A stretch of 64,000 nucleotides of DNA from Haliotis rubra. Taxonomy: Eukaryota. Position numbers and translations under genes: made by a program. Positions 49,854 to 63,527 of this stretch are shown here, one piece after another; positions within the stretch are counted from its first letter, which is position 1; each line of letters begins with the position of its first letter. The notes beneath the pieces were generated by a model. The model was given only the letters and a program-made list of their open reading frames with translations, did no database searches and had not been told where the DNA came from. The DNA is taken from the NCBI RefSeq assembly GCF_003918875.1, contig NW_025767162.1, positions 248,001 through 312,000 on the forward strand, given 5' to 3'.

Positions 49854-52800
49854 TCATTCAACATGTTCCAACAGACAAAGTTTGTGAATGGGTCTCAACA
49901 ACAGTGAACCCCTCAACTTCACTTCCACAGATCTCACCAACCTGTCCTTTCCAGGAAATGTCCTTGTGACCCTAGCCAAAGGCCATATCTTTCGAGGTGT
50001 GTTTTCTTCCATCACTAACACAATGTCTCCGACACTCAAGTTCTCACTGGGTTTTAACCACTTCTGGCGTAACTGCAAAGTAGGTAGATACTCTTTTATC
50101 CACCGTCTCCAAAAAGTATCAGAAAGAAACTGTACATGTCTCCACATTCGACCATAAACATCTTCCTTTCGAAATTTACCCGGTGGTAATGATATGTTTG
50201 AGCGCAGTAGAAGTAGGTGATTTGGAGTAAGTGGTTCACAATCATTCACACTATCTGACACAACAGTTATTGGCCGGCTATTGATGACAGATTCAGCTTC
50301 ACAAAATAATGTATTGAGACCTTCATCACTGAGGCCATTCTGTTTGCTAAGTAGAGCAGACAGAACTTTGCGCACCGTGCGAATCTGCCTTTCCCACGCA
50401 CCCCCCCCATGTGCGAGGCGGTTGGTGGATTGAAGATCCACTGTATGTCTCTATCCAGCATAGAATTGTAGATCTTACTTTGATCCAACTCCCGAATAGC
50501 TTGTTTAAGTTCTTGATTTGCCCCTTTGAAGTTTGTCCCATTATCTGATCTAATAATCTCTGGTTTTCCTCGACGTGCCTCAAATCTTGTCAAGGCATTG
50601 ATGAAGGAATCTGTTTCCATAGAATCAAGTTTCTCAATGTGTATTGCTCTCACTGTCAGGCATGTGAACAAACATCCATATCGCTTTACCAAACTTCTGC
50701 CCCTTTTTACAAGAAATGGGCCAAAACAATCAACCCCAACATAAGTAAATGGCGGTTTGTGAGGAGTTACCCTTTCCTTGGGTAAAGTTGCCATTTGCTG
50801 TGAGCTCTGAATACCTTGATGTCGTCGACAATGGACACATTTTCGCAGTATCTTGTTAATTGTGGTACGTGCATTGATAAGCCACAACTTTTGCCGCATG
50901 TGAGACAAAACATGTTCTCGCCCTGAATGTCCAAGGACCTCATGGTAGTGAGATGATATGAGAACTCCAACATAATGATTCTTTGGAATGATCATAGGGT
51001 GTTTAGATTCTTCTGGAATAGGGGCGTTACCCAAACGACCTCCAACACACAAAACACCAAGACAATTCAAGACTGGATCAAGTTTGTAGAGTGGACTAGA
51101 TTTCTTTACTTGTTCACCTCTTTTCCGACAATCTATTTCCTCATGAAAATGACATCTCTGTAAATACTTTACAAGCTGAACTTCTGCAGTCTTCAGTTCT
51201 TGTACAGTCAAATGTTTCTGATAAACAGCTGATGTAAATTCCGTTCCCTTTGATCTCTGAAGCAGCCACTGTTTGAATCTCAGAAGCCACGCTGTGGCTT
51301 TCTTCAGTTTCAGCCATGATGAGAATCTCTCCAGTAATCTGTCCATACCACACACAGTTGTATTCACTTGTACAAAAGATTCTACTGTGTTCTTAATTTC
51401 TAAAGAACTCTCTGATACCTGTAATATTTCAGGCATCACTGGCCATCTGTGCTCCTCTTGCCATAAGAAACTTGGACCATGAATCCATTGATCACGATGA
51501 AGAATTTCATCAGCATCTAAGCCACGGGATGCATCATCAGCTATATTCATGTCTGATCTAACATATCGCCAACTGTCCGGTGAAGAACCTGAATGAATAG
51601 CACTCACTCGATTTGCCACGAAGGTTTTGTACCGCAGGGACTTACTCTTGATATAATGTAAAACTGTCATACTATCAGACCAGAAAATGGACTCCCAATT
51701 TCCAACCTCAGTTCTCTGCGTAACATTTGATCAATTCTAACTGCCATCAAAGCAGCAGATAATTCAAGACGAGGTACTGTCATTTGCTTCAAAGGCGCAA
51801 GTCGAGATTTTCCCATCACAAAAGCGCAATGTATCTGTCCTTCATTGTTGACTATTCGTAGATAGGACACTGTGCCATATCCCACCAATGACGCATCAGC
51901 AAAATGATGCATATCACACTTGAAGTTTTCAAACCCTGAGGGGATTAAACATCGGTCAACTACAAAAGTTTCAATCGATGGCAATTTCTCAAGCCAAGTA
52001 GACCATTTCTGGGCATTGTCTTGTTCCAGTGGGTCATCCCATTGTTTATGTAATCGACATTCACTTTGAAAGATGATTTTTGCCTTGAGGACAACAGGGC
52101 ATATGAATCCAAAAGGATCGTACACTGAACCAATAATACTCATTAACCCTCTCTTGGTAGCTGGTTTAGATTGATCAAACCCTGAGGGGATTAAACATCG
52201 GTCAACTACAAAAGTTTCAATCGATGGCAATTTCTCAAGCCAAGTAGACCATTTCTGGGCATTGTCTTGTTCCAGTGGGTCATCCCATTGTTTATGTAAT
52301 CGACATTCACTTTGAAAGATGATTTTTGCCTTGAGGACAACAGGGCATATGAATCCAAAAGGATCGTACACTGAACCAATAATACTCATTAACCCTCTCT
52401 TGGTAGCTGGTTTAGATTGATTGGTAGTTCGAAACCCGAGTGTGTCATATTCTGTACTCCACTTTACTCCAAGAGCTCGCTCTTGAGGTAGAAAGTCACT
52501 AGCCAAGTCAATGTTCTTTATTTCTTTTGCTCTCTCTTCACTAGGAATTGAATCCAACACAGTTCTATTGTTACTGATCCACTTTGTCATCCTAAAGCCT
52601 CCCTTTGACAGTAGCTCACAGAGTTGCTTAATGAGTCGAATGGCTTCATTTTCTGCTGGCACTGACTTTAAACAGTCATCTACATACAAATTTTCCTGCA
52701 CTGTTTGAACTGTTTCCTGATCAAAGTCATTAGCATTGTCCTCCGCTGTTCGTCTAACAGCATACGAAGCACAACTTGGGCTCCATACCCCACCAAACAA

Positions 52801-55781
52801 ATGTACAGTCATTCTATACACCTGAGGTGGTTTAGTTCTGTCCATATTAGGCCACCACAGAAATCTCAGTGCATCCTTATGCTTCTCACTAACCTTCACT
52901 TAATGAAACATAGCTTCTATGTCTCCCATAAAAGCCACCTTGTGTTGCCGAAATCTCAGAAGTACACCAATCAGTTTGTTGGTAAGATCAGGTCCCTGTA
53001 GGACTTCAGTATTTATACTTGTACCTGCACACTGTGCAGAACAATCAAACACAATTCTTAGTTTGTCAGGTTTCTGAGGAGTAACTACTGCATGATGAGG
53101 AATGTACCATACTGGCTTATTTCCTGTAATGATTTCATTATCAGGCACCTTTTCTGCATATCCCCTTTCCAATAGGTCTTTTATTCCATCTTGATATCTT
53201 CCAGCCAAGTTCTGGTCCTTTGAAAGTCTCCTATACAAAGATTCCAATCTTGCTTCCGCAATAGCATAATTGTTCGGCAATTCTGGATTATCAGACTTGA
53301 ATGGAATGTCCATCTTGTAATGTCCATGATCAATTTCCACACTTTGGTCCCACGTGTTGACAACTTTCTGATCATTCACAGACATAGTAGTTTCACTATC
53401 CAGTCCATATGAATCCACTTTCCAAAATTTCTCCACTAAAGACTGTAACTCACAATCGTTTGGTACAGCTTGGACATAATGAGATGTTACTGCACATGGG
53501 CTGCCATGCTCCAATGGTCCATTTACCACCCAGCCTAACATCGTTCTTGAAGCATAGGGTTCATCCAAACCACCTCTACAAATGTCAATTGGTGCCAGCG
53601 CTGAGGGATTGTCCTGTCCAATAAGAAGTTCTACCTTAGCCCCTTCCAGTTCATGCAGACTGATATCTTTCAAATGTGGCCATTTGTCTAAGTCTCTTTG
53701 AGATGCCATACTGTTTGAAAAAAACTGGAATTTCAGGAATCACAAAAAACATGATGCATCTTTATCCAGTGCTTACCACTCAAGTCAGCAACATCCAAAT
53801 TTACCATAGTAGTGTCAGATTTTGAGTTATCACTAGTGAGTGTGGTCAGTGATAAAGTTGTTCTACTACCTTGAAGACCAAGTTGTTTAACTATGTCCTG
53901 TGTACAGAAAGAATTTGTGCTTCCTGGGTCAAGTAAGGCATAAGTCCTGATGCAGTTACTTTCACAACCTTTAATGGTAACTGGTACAATGGGAAGAGCT
54001 ATCCTGCTCATCCCGGCCCCATTAACCCCACACACGGAATTGTGAAGAGACTGAACTGTTGTTTGTGTAGATATTTCCTGATATTTCTTTTCAGCATCAT
54101 TAGCCCGACTCCACTGGCTTCCTGTAAAGTGCAAAAGTCTTGAATGCTTACGTTTACATCCATCCACACCACATTTGCTTGGATGTAAACAGTTGTATGA
54201 CATATGTTGATTGGAAAAACAGTTATAGCACAAATGTTTCTCGGTAACAAACTCACGCCGTTTTTCTGGACTCATCTGTTTGAACTGTGTACAAGTGTAT
54301 ATGGCATGGTCACCAGTACAATACTTGCAAGCAGGTAATTTCTTTCTTCCAAACTGTGTTTGCCCTCCATATCCTTTGTAGCCAGCTTTGGTTTGAATAT
54401 TAAAGTTAGATGCAGAATTCCTCTTCGAATTCAACTTTGTATTCATTTTGACATCTCTAGAAAAGTTGATTGTTCCGAACACAGGATCATTCGCCTCCTC
54501 CGCAGCAGTCTCTATGACTCCAGCCAGGTGAGCAATGTCAGGGTAATAGCCAGTTGCCTTCAGAACACCAACAGCTTCTCTCTGCCATCTTCCTTGAAGA
54601 AAAGGTGGTAACTTTTCCACTATCTTTCCCATCCGCATCTGATTATCAATTTCATTGAGGCGACCCATGGTTGTTAAAGTGACAACACAACTCCTGATGT
54701 TGTCTGTATATCGTCGCAGTTCTGCACTGTCTCCATATCTCAAACAGGGTCTCTCAGTAACCTTCTGTATCCAGGCCTTTGATATGACAAACTGATTTCC
54801 AAAACGCTCACTTAAAAGTCTCCTTGCTTCCAAGTACCCAGCTTTAGGTTCCATTACTGCACAACATTCAATGACTGACAAAGCCTTCCCAGTGCAATAC
54901 TGTAGCAGGCGATTCAACTTGACACTATTATTGACATATGCATCTCCAAAACTGTTCTCGAAGGAACGTACAAACATCCAGTATTTCAATGGATCTCCAT
55001 CAAATGTCATTAGCTCTGTTTTAGGTAACTGAAGTAAGTTGAGCATTTGCTTCTGCATCGATAGAAATTGGCTATCACTGTGATGACTATCTGACTCATC
55101 ATGCTTATCGACACGGTCCACTTTATCCAAACGATCTGTAATCTCATACCTTGGTAAAACATCTGCATGAGATGAAACACTGTTTTGCTGCTGCAGCTGG
55201 AGAGCTCTTATCTGCTGATCTTGTTCATGAATTACATTTAATAATGCTGCATGACTCCATCTATCTGAATCCGTCTTCTCATCTGAAGCCTCATTATCAT
55301 TAGGATTTGGTGGCTGATTACCATTTTCTACCTTCTCCTCCAAAGTATCAGTCCTTTCAGGTGTGCGTTGAAACCCCTGTTGCATTTCATGAGGTAACAT
55401 ACGACGTTTACCTGTTGACAAAGTATCACTTCCATAGGCTGCCATATATACACACTCTTCAGCTTCTATCGCTGCAATATCTATCTCCAATTTGAGTGTT
55501 TCTTGTAATTCTTCAAGCTCCATTTGACGGCGTTTAAGCTCTTGTGTTCTTCTCAATGCATCAGCACGAACACCTAGTGCAGCCTTCTTAGCAGCAACTC
55601 TAGCAATCAATGATTTTGCAGAAAGTTGACTTGATGCAGAAACCTGACTAACAGAATCTTCTGGATTTACAGTTGTATTTTTTACATTCATATCATATTT
55701 TCTGTTTCTGTCTGTTTCTCTCTCATCTTTATCTAATTCACCATCAGTGACATCTGACTTGTATGAGTCATTCAAAGACAT
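49854..55781 (-). pseudogene. Bel/Pao gag-pol polyprotein, in five pieces
   Basis: Three Gag zinc knuckles (CKYC..H..C, CYNC..H..C, C....C...H....H), protease ALLDPGS, RT YVDD, RNase H FADAS/RLEL, integrase HHCC, DCFG, SDNG, WERQI. Frameshifts near 53720, 51670 and 50405; nonsense TAA at 52900-52902. Confidence 0.95.
51929..52420. repeat. Exact in-frame 246-bp tandem duplication inside pol
   Basis: 51929-52174 equals 52175-52420. The 82-aa repeat is visible in the ORF. Confidence 0.95.
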
Positions 55782-55840
55782 CTTGACAATAACTTCTGTA
55801 TCTCTCGATAACTATGTTAGTTCAAATTTTCTTGAACTTT

Positions 55841-56613
55841 TGTTGTAGACATAACAACAAGGTTTGTTCATTCTTGTACACGACGTTTTACTTCCTTTTT
55901 ATCATGATTATATACACCGCAGTGTTATTGCTTCTTGCATTCCTCCATATTGTCGGTTGTCGGTTCAAGCTAAAACATGATGGAAATGTTTTCTACTAAC
56001 TTCACAGTACTAAATACCACTGAAAAATATTCCTCCAAGTTACAGAATAAATGTTACTCGGTAAATAAAGTATCCTCGGATTATGTTTTGTGAATGAAAT
56101 ACACTTACTTTGGCTTTAGTTGCCAGAAACAAACATTACAAATACTTGTGTAATGCAACACGTTAAACATGGAAAATTGTGATTGATAAAGTCATGACAA
56201 GGTGTGAAATTGTTTCTGCAAGAACAACAGAAATTCCTACACTTCCAAAAACCCAAAACATGAGGATACTGTTCACTTATAACAGTCAAAATAACATAAA
56301 ACGTGACACTATTTTAGGCCAACCCACGTGTTCCTAACCTGGAAATAACTGCACATTTATGGCTTAATTTAACATGTTTAAGTGTATTATGTAACTGTAA
56401 TACATATATGTTGCGTACTACATGATTTGTAACTACAAAATTATACTTACAAAATTTGTAAACCCATCAAACTGTCTACACATCTTGTTGTCAACTTCAC
56501 CACCGCGAAGCACATGGCAAACCGCAGTTCCCACTTTTGGAGTTACCTCCCTTGCCCCCTTGGGCATAAAAAATGTGGATCGCAATCCGGAAAAATTAAA
56601 TCTTTCAGTTACA
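55841..56613 (-). repeat. 5' LTR (773 bp)
   Basis: Direct repeat of 48740-49510, ending 59 nt upstream of the gag ATG. Confidence 0.95.
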
Positions 56614-59035
56614 CCCTGAATCACCTCAGGATGATCACATGCACTTAACTCTCTTACAGGACCAGCTGAGCCAAGGATATTTCAGATTTGTTAGATCTAG
56701 ACCTCGATGAAATATGCAATAACGTTACTAAGTAAAGAAACGAGCTTGGTGCAATTGTCCTTCCATCCAACTGCTTTCTTTCTGTGGACAACTTACATGT
56801 GTGTAACTAGGTTTACCCTACCCTGATCTTGTTGCTAGTCAGGACAGAATTAGTCGTCATTATACTTATCTTCCTTTAATGCTGTATACAGCTCAGATTA
56901 AAGGGTTCATTGATATACCTGTACACATGTATTTGATTATTGTAAGATGAGTGGCTGGCTGGCTGGCTGAATGGATGGAAAGATGGATGGATAGATTTGT
57001 GAGGTGTGAGTGGGAGCAAGTACGAGGTAGATACGTAGTACCTACGAGACAGATAATGATTTGTGAAACAATAACTAAGAACCGGTTATATGATAAATAC
57101 ACCGTCGATAACACATGAAGAAAATATGACATAGTTTTGAGATCGTACGTGTGGCCTAGATCAGTCAGGGATTCAAGTAGGTCATTCGGTGGGAAAATGG
57201 TTCAATGGTGAAATCGAACACGATATATATTGAGATGTAATCAATCGTTCTTTCTAAGACGTACTCACATACATTCATGATTGTCGAACCTTTTACCAAT
57301 GTCTAACAAAGATATCACACTAATGCACTAAAGCATTATTATCTGGATCCGTATAAATATCAATAATATTTGTCCTGTCACACCCGTAAACTGCATAATC
57401 ATGGTGTCGGAATTTTAGCTCTTAATGTTACATTGAAAGTGGCATACTTATGATATTTACTGGCTTCATATGATTTGGAGATATTATGGTGGATGGTGAC
57501 TAAACTGGGTTGTCATTTTGTCGTTTTGGCACAAACAGCATCAAATGAGTTGGTCCCAGTTTGGTATCAAAACGGTATTTAGTATTAAGTAGAAAAAGAT
57601 AAACGGTTAGTGACCCTCTGAACTTTCCTACTAGACTGTTTCCAGAAAGACGATGTGATAGAAACTGCGTTTGCCAATCCATCAAAGTGACAATAGTTAA
57701 TCAGTAAATTACAGATGCCTAAAACAAGCACTAAAGACGCCATGAACCTCAGATTTCAGTGTCCAAGGAAACATTGATAATACTGTTTCCCCATCACCTA
57801 TTCCGAAGAAACTGAACTTAAGATAACAATATAAGCTGAAAGGGGAAAATTAAATTGTCCGTTTAACAACAACGATGTCTGGACCGACAATGTGGTGTTT
57901 GCACAGACAACGGCTTAAGTAGTTAACTCATTTACAAACCAGCACACATCAAAAGAACACAAAATGAAGTGACGTTACTTTAATGTCAGTCGGGATTGTT
58001 GCGTTTGATGTTTCGTGTTTAATGTCTTCTAAAAGGATGTTCTTGACCCAAAGCAGATAATGTTAAAGACATCTTGCTTGTAATAAGTGATGTCCAAATC
58101 AGATATCATTTGAGTTGATTATTTGAACTAATGCTTGATGGAAGAAAGCTAATATAGAAACTGTTGCTTGTGGGTAAACGGTTACGCATCCAGATATCCT
58201 TCATTGGGTTTGTATTTCTGTATATATTTTGATAAGCGTACCTTGCCATGCAACAATCTCTGCAATATTAATTTCCACATTGTACATGGTACGTGGGCCG
58301 CAGTCGTCTGAGGCGCCGAGATTTACTGTGCAATTTGCGTCTCGCGAGAACGCCAGAAACCCACAAGTACTTCTTTCGAAACCTGGTTCTTCGTGATAAT
58401 GTTTCTGGTTTTGTAGATACTAAGCCGGTGCTTGAGAGTTTAACCAAAGTGGAAGACTTATGAGACATGCATCATTTCGGGTGTTTTGAGCCCCGAAGTG
58501 GCGTTAGACACACTCAGTAAATGGACGTTGTACCTGACAGATGGTTGCAGGAAGAGAAACGATCCACGCCACTGTTGATGTTTCACTCTTTAATGTAAAT
58601 GAGCTTTGTGCAGTACATATGGGAAATCCCTCAAGGCCCTATTCAGGTAGGGGAATTAAATATGAAAACTGAAACACAGATGTTCATATGCTGTCATGAC
58701 ACACACACAAAAAAAACAACAAAACAACAAAACACCAAATACTAAACAAATAATGTTATATTCAGTGCGGTAGTTTCCCGCCACCTTTAGCAAGATTCCA
58801 GCATTATCACGGTACCAGAAATGGGCTTCACACATTGAATCCATGTGGGTAATCAAACCTGGGTCTTCGGTGTGACGAGCGATCGCTCTAACCTCTAGGC
58901 TACCCCATCGCCCCCGTTTTAGTTAGTCTTACTTACTTCTTTATTCAGTTGAGTAGTTTTGTATTGTCTCTCTTTATCCCAACATTTGACAGATTGGCAC
59001 TGTCACTGATACATCACCATAACATCCAGGTTAAA

Positions 59036-59206
59036 GGGGGCGGTGGGGTAGCCTAGTGGTTAAAGCGTTGGCTCGTCACGCCGAGGATCCGGGTTCGATT
59101 CCCCACATGGGCACAATGTGTGAAGCCCATTTCTGGTGTCCCCCGCGGTGATATTGTTGGAATATTGCTAAAAGCGGCGTAAAACTTAACTCAGTCAGTC
59201 AGTCAG
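59036..59206 (+). mobile_element. SINE family B (segmental duplicate of 44488-44658)
   Basis: Same TSD and flanks. Confidence 0.9.
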
Positions 59207-62094
59207 TCCAGGTTAAAGGGACTTTTTTTAATCTGAACCTACATTAATAAAATCCAACACCCCGTAACGTATCATCAGCTGATGTATACTACAGCGGGTC
59301 CCCAATCACCATGTAGTGAGTTAATTGGATAATATGCATACAAACAACGACTTCCGTTGCAATAACTCCAGTACTTGAGCTGTTGAACCAAAAAATAGAA
59401 ACAGTTGCTGGCGTTTTACTGATTAAGCCTCCTGATAACATCCGTAACATTATATTTCTGTATGTATGTTGTTACGCTTATCTTAGCATGCAACACACTG
59501 AGAAATATTATGGTCCACTTTCTAAGATGCACATTGCAGAGACAGACGTTTAAAGTGCTGATATTCGTCGTGCTGACGCCCCGAACACCATACGAATCAT
59601 ATTACGGTATATTTAATGAGTGGGTAAGTGAATTTAGTTTTAGGTCACTTTTCTCAATATTCCGGCAATACCTTGGCGGGGGACACAAAAATGGGCTTTG
59701 CACATTATACGCATGTGGGGAAATCAATTCCGTCACATTGGCGCGACGAGCGAACGCTTTGATCTCTGGTTACCCCACAGCATATTTAGACATTCTCTTG
59801 GTTCAGTGGTATTAATTAATAATGCCTTTCATTATCCCAACACCTGACAGATTGGAACTCTCATTTACACATCTCCATAACATCCAGGTTAACGGTAGTT
59901 AACTAAAAATGAACCCACAGTAATAAAATCCAAAGCCCCGTAACGTTTTATCAGCTGAAGCATACTCTAGCGGGTCCGTAATCACCATGCCGTGAGTTAA
60001 TAGGATAATATTCATACAAACAACGACTTCCGTTGCAATAACTCCCGGGGAGCTGTCTTGTAATGGATTTTATACTGTTGGACGATTTCCATGTGTGATG
60101 GATTGTTTGAGGCGGGAGATTTATTTTTTGCTTGTTATATTTGTTTCGTAATTGTGTTAATGATTTATTCTTCAGTCTTAATCGACCAAACAGTTATGAT
60201 TCCCGCAATATTTTAATCTGTTTGTTAGGAATCACACGAACATTTCCCAGCACGGCTTTTTGCCACGACTTTCGTCTTTTAGCCTGTTGATTGATTGACG
60301 TGTTATTACACATCCAATACACATCCAATACAAAGAGGATCGACTAAGAACGATGATTTTTGCTTTTGAGGCAATTTGTTTCCAGTCGGAAGTCCCGTTC
60401 AGCATGAAATTTGCGTGTGTGCATTTGAGAGAATACTTTATTTATACTTTTCATATCCTAGGTTTGATTTGCTATTGAAAGTCTGCTGTTCAAAGTAAGG
60501 TAAATAAAATAAAGTATTTGTAGTTTCCCAGTCCTAACATGAGCATCTAGCGAAAACATTCAACAAAGAGTTGAAGGATATGCTGTCAATCACTGAAATG
60601 CTTTCGTGCATTGCCCTTAGATACACAATTGTCTGACACTCCCGTCAAACGATATCACTGCTGTACTTGATTAAGCATAAAATGGAAGCTTTAGAACTAT
60701 TTAATCTAACACAAAAACGCACACAAGTGATACCTCATTGTAGGAAGTGACATTGGCCATCAGTTTTGTGACTCATCAGTCCAATTTGGATAGGTCCTCC
60801 TCGTATATCATAACACTTATCCCGCGCTTTGCTAAGGTCCTGACTAATGTAAGCTGGATCATGAAATCGTATCACCAAGTATCGTGTGACGCTCGTTTTT
60901 ATGCATTGTAATATTTTCTTAACTCTTTCTCGCCATCAATGCAGGTGGCACAGTGTTCCTACGTTCTGTCTGAAGAGTCCCGTACCTGAACACTATAAGT
61001 GTTCAGATGAAAAATAAACGTCCATTTAAAAATGAAGCAAAAACGTCTTCCTTAATAGGAGATTTGTAACCACATTTTTCACATCATATCAACAATACAG
61101 ACAAAACAGTCCCTTTATCCTATTGACGTAAATGTTGTGTTCAGCCGAGGTTAAGCATAATTAAGACTTGGCGTCCACTTGTACATACATACCCACGACT
61201 CACACAGATAAACCACAATACAATCATCTGAAGTCAGTGTTTTCAATACACATGGATATATTTTGTCCCGATGTCCGAACGGTCGTTATCAATTCAATTC
61301 AGTTCAGTTCACTAATTTATTCCAACACACCACCAAACATGCATCAGAAGGCTTCTTCTAGCTCTCTGTTTTGCTTTGGTGATATCCTTTCTGTTTCTGT
61401 TTTTTTTTTTTTTATATTTGTGGCATAATTAACATTGGCATTGCTCTTGGACACATTTATGCAAACCGAAAGCGAAAGAATGCTTTTTTGGTGCCAATTA
61501 TTTTAAATGAGGTTAAGCTATTGTTAACGAATTTTTTTAACTTTTCCCAAAATTAATGACAGCATACCATCACAGTAACCAAAAAGACCAACACTGTTAG
61601 AGTATAGACCTCATTTCATATTATTGTGCATTGATACATATGTTGACCTTGTTTGATAATCTCCGAGGATGCAAATAAATAATAGTGCGTGCTGCAATGA
61701 CATAGTTTTATAAATACTTATCAGTCCAGAGTCAATTCAATTTCTTTCTGATCCACGCATTAACTGTACATACGCTCGTGTTACAAAGCCGTTACTTGAA
61801 AATCTGAGGATAAAGGTTGCAGTATTAATAATTGAAATCCAACAAATGTATTTCAAGTCCATCAAGCTGTGTGTCGTATTCCGTCTCCTCAAATCACCGG
61901 CTTGTTTATTGTCCACAAATCTCACTTATATGTATATATAGCTACGTGTATAACCTCATTCGTGGGGACAAACTCAATGGTGCTGTGCCAAGTTGAAAGT
62001 GTGTTATTGTTAAAATCAATCCTTAACAAAAGTTAGTTTTGATGCAACCTATTATCAAACATGTTATCATCTTTCATAATTTGTAGTAAGTGAC

Positions 62095-62320
62095 AGAGTG
62101 AGTGAGTTTAGTTTTACGCCGCAATTTTCCAGCTATGTGGCGGCGGTCTGTAAATAATCGAGTCTGGACCAGTGATCAACAGCATAAACATCGATCTACG
62201 CAATTGGGACACGATGACATATGTCAAGCAAGTCCGTTAGTCGCCTCTTACGATAAGCATGGGCTACTGAAGATCAATTCTAACCCGGACCTTCACGGGT
62301 ACTCATAACTTGTAGCTTGC
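62095..62320 (-). mobile_element. SINE-like family C
   Basis: Matches 26385-26632 with small deletions. Confidence 0.8.
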
Positions 62321-62500
62321 AGGATATCTGTAAATGCAAACGCAAGGAAAATATATATATCCAACGAATATATTCATCACAAGTATCTCCCTTAAAGAAC
62401 CGGGCAAGACATTCTCTTCAGCAACCCATGGTTGTCGTGTGTTCAGTGTGGTCGATTTGTGGGATACATGTCCTCGCTGTCATCGTATCCCAACTGTGTA

Positions 62501-62830
62501 GACCGCTTCCGTGATGCAGTGGTTAGAGCGTCCGCCCGGAGAGCGGAAGGTCGCGGGTTCGATCCCAGACTGCTCATGCCAAAAGACGTTAAAATATGGT
62601 ACTTGTTGGTCCCTGCCTGGCGCTCGGCATTAATGGGTACAACAAGGACTGGTCGGCTCGGAGTGTTCATGCTTCACTGCGGCATGGTATCTCAATGGGC
62701 TAGCACTATAAAACCAGCTTCAGTCTGGGCTAGTACAAGCAGCCTCACATACACATACACACTCATGCACGCGGTCATATGAGCGAAATGTTCTCAAGCA
62801 CGACGTTAAACCCAATTTCACCTCACCTCA
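62501..62830 (+). mobile_element. SINE family A, near full length
   Basis: A/B boxes, (CCTCA)n tail, and degenerate TSD CCAACTGTGTA / CCAACAGTGCA. Confidence 0.9.
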
Positions 62831-63171
62831 CCAACAGTGCATATCGATGATCACTCACTGGATTATTTACAAACGGGGATCAGATAACTGGAAAATTGCT
62901 GAGTGTGGCATTATGCAGCAGACAAAGAATCAGTATCTGTTCTTTTATTGTCCATGAGGTACCAGGTATGAATTCTTCCCATAAAATTATCCCATCGCTG
63001 TTTGTTCAACAACCTCAATCTGTGTCAAGGTTTTAGCTATTTGCTGCACCTCACTCATGGGAAGAAACTTACTGAAGTGAGTCATAGGCGAGTTGCCAAG
63101 TAATGAATGAGGTGTTACACTTCAGGTGAACTCTAACATTAAACCACTGCCATTGTGTCATTAGGGTCTTT

Positions 63172-63527
63172 GACCGCCTCCGTAGTGTAGTGGTTAGAGC
63201 GTCCGCCCGGAGAGCGGAAGGTCGCGGGTTCGATGCCCGACCGCGTCATAACAAAAGACGTTAAAATATGGTACTTGTTGGTCCCTGCCTGGCGCTCGGC
63301 GTTAATGGGTACAACAAGGACTGGTCGGCTCGCAGTCAGTATAATGTGTCTGAGTGGGTATTCATGCTTCACTGCGGCATGGCATCTCAATGGGCTAGCA
63401 CTATAAAACCATCTTCAGTCTGGGCTAGTACAAGCAGCCACACATACACATACACACGCATGCACGTCGTCATATGAGTGAAATATTCTCAAGCACGACG
63501 TAAAACCCAATTTCACCTCATCTCACC
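63172..63527 (+). mobile_element. SINE family A, full length
   Basis: 13-bp TSD TCATTAGGGTCTT at 63158-63170 and 63528-63540, with a tRNA-like head (GGA in the anticodon loop). Confidence 0.92.

Larger units (their letters stand above)
48740..56613 (-). mobile_element. Bel/Pao LTR retrotransposon, full length, recent, coding region disrupted
   Basis: Two TG...CA LTRs differing only by a few single-base indels. Domain order Gag-PR-RT-RH-IN. Empty site visible in the paralog at ~42070. Confidence 0.97.

Noticed and set aside
49888-55495. Short ORFs overlapping gag-pol, and ORFs within SINEs and MITEs
   Set aside because: They are shadow frames of transposon sequence with no independent support.
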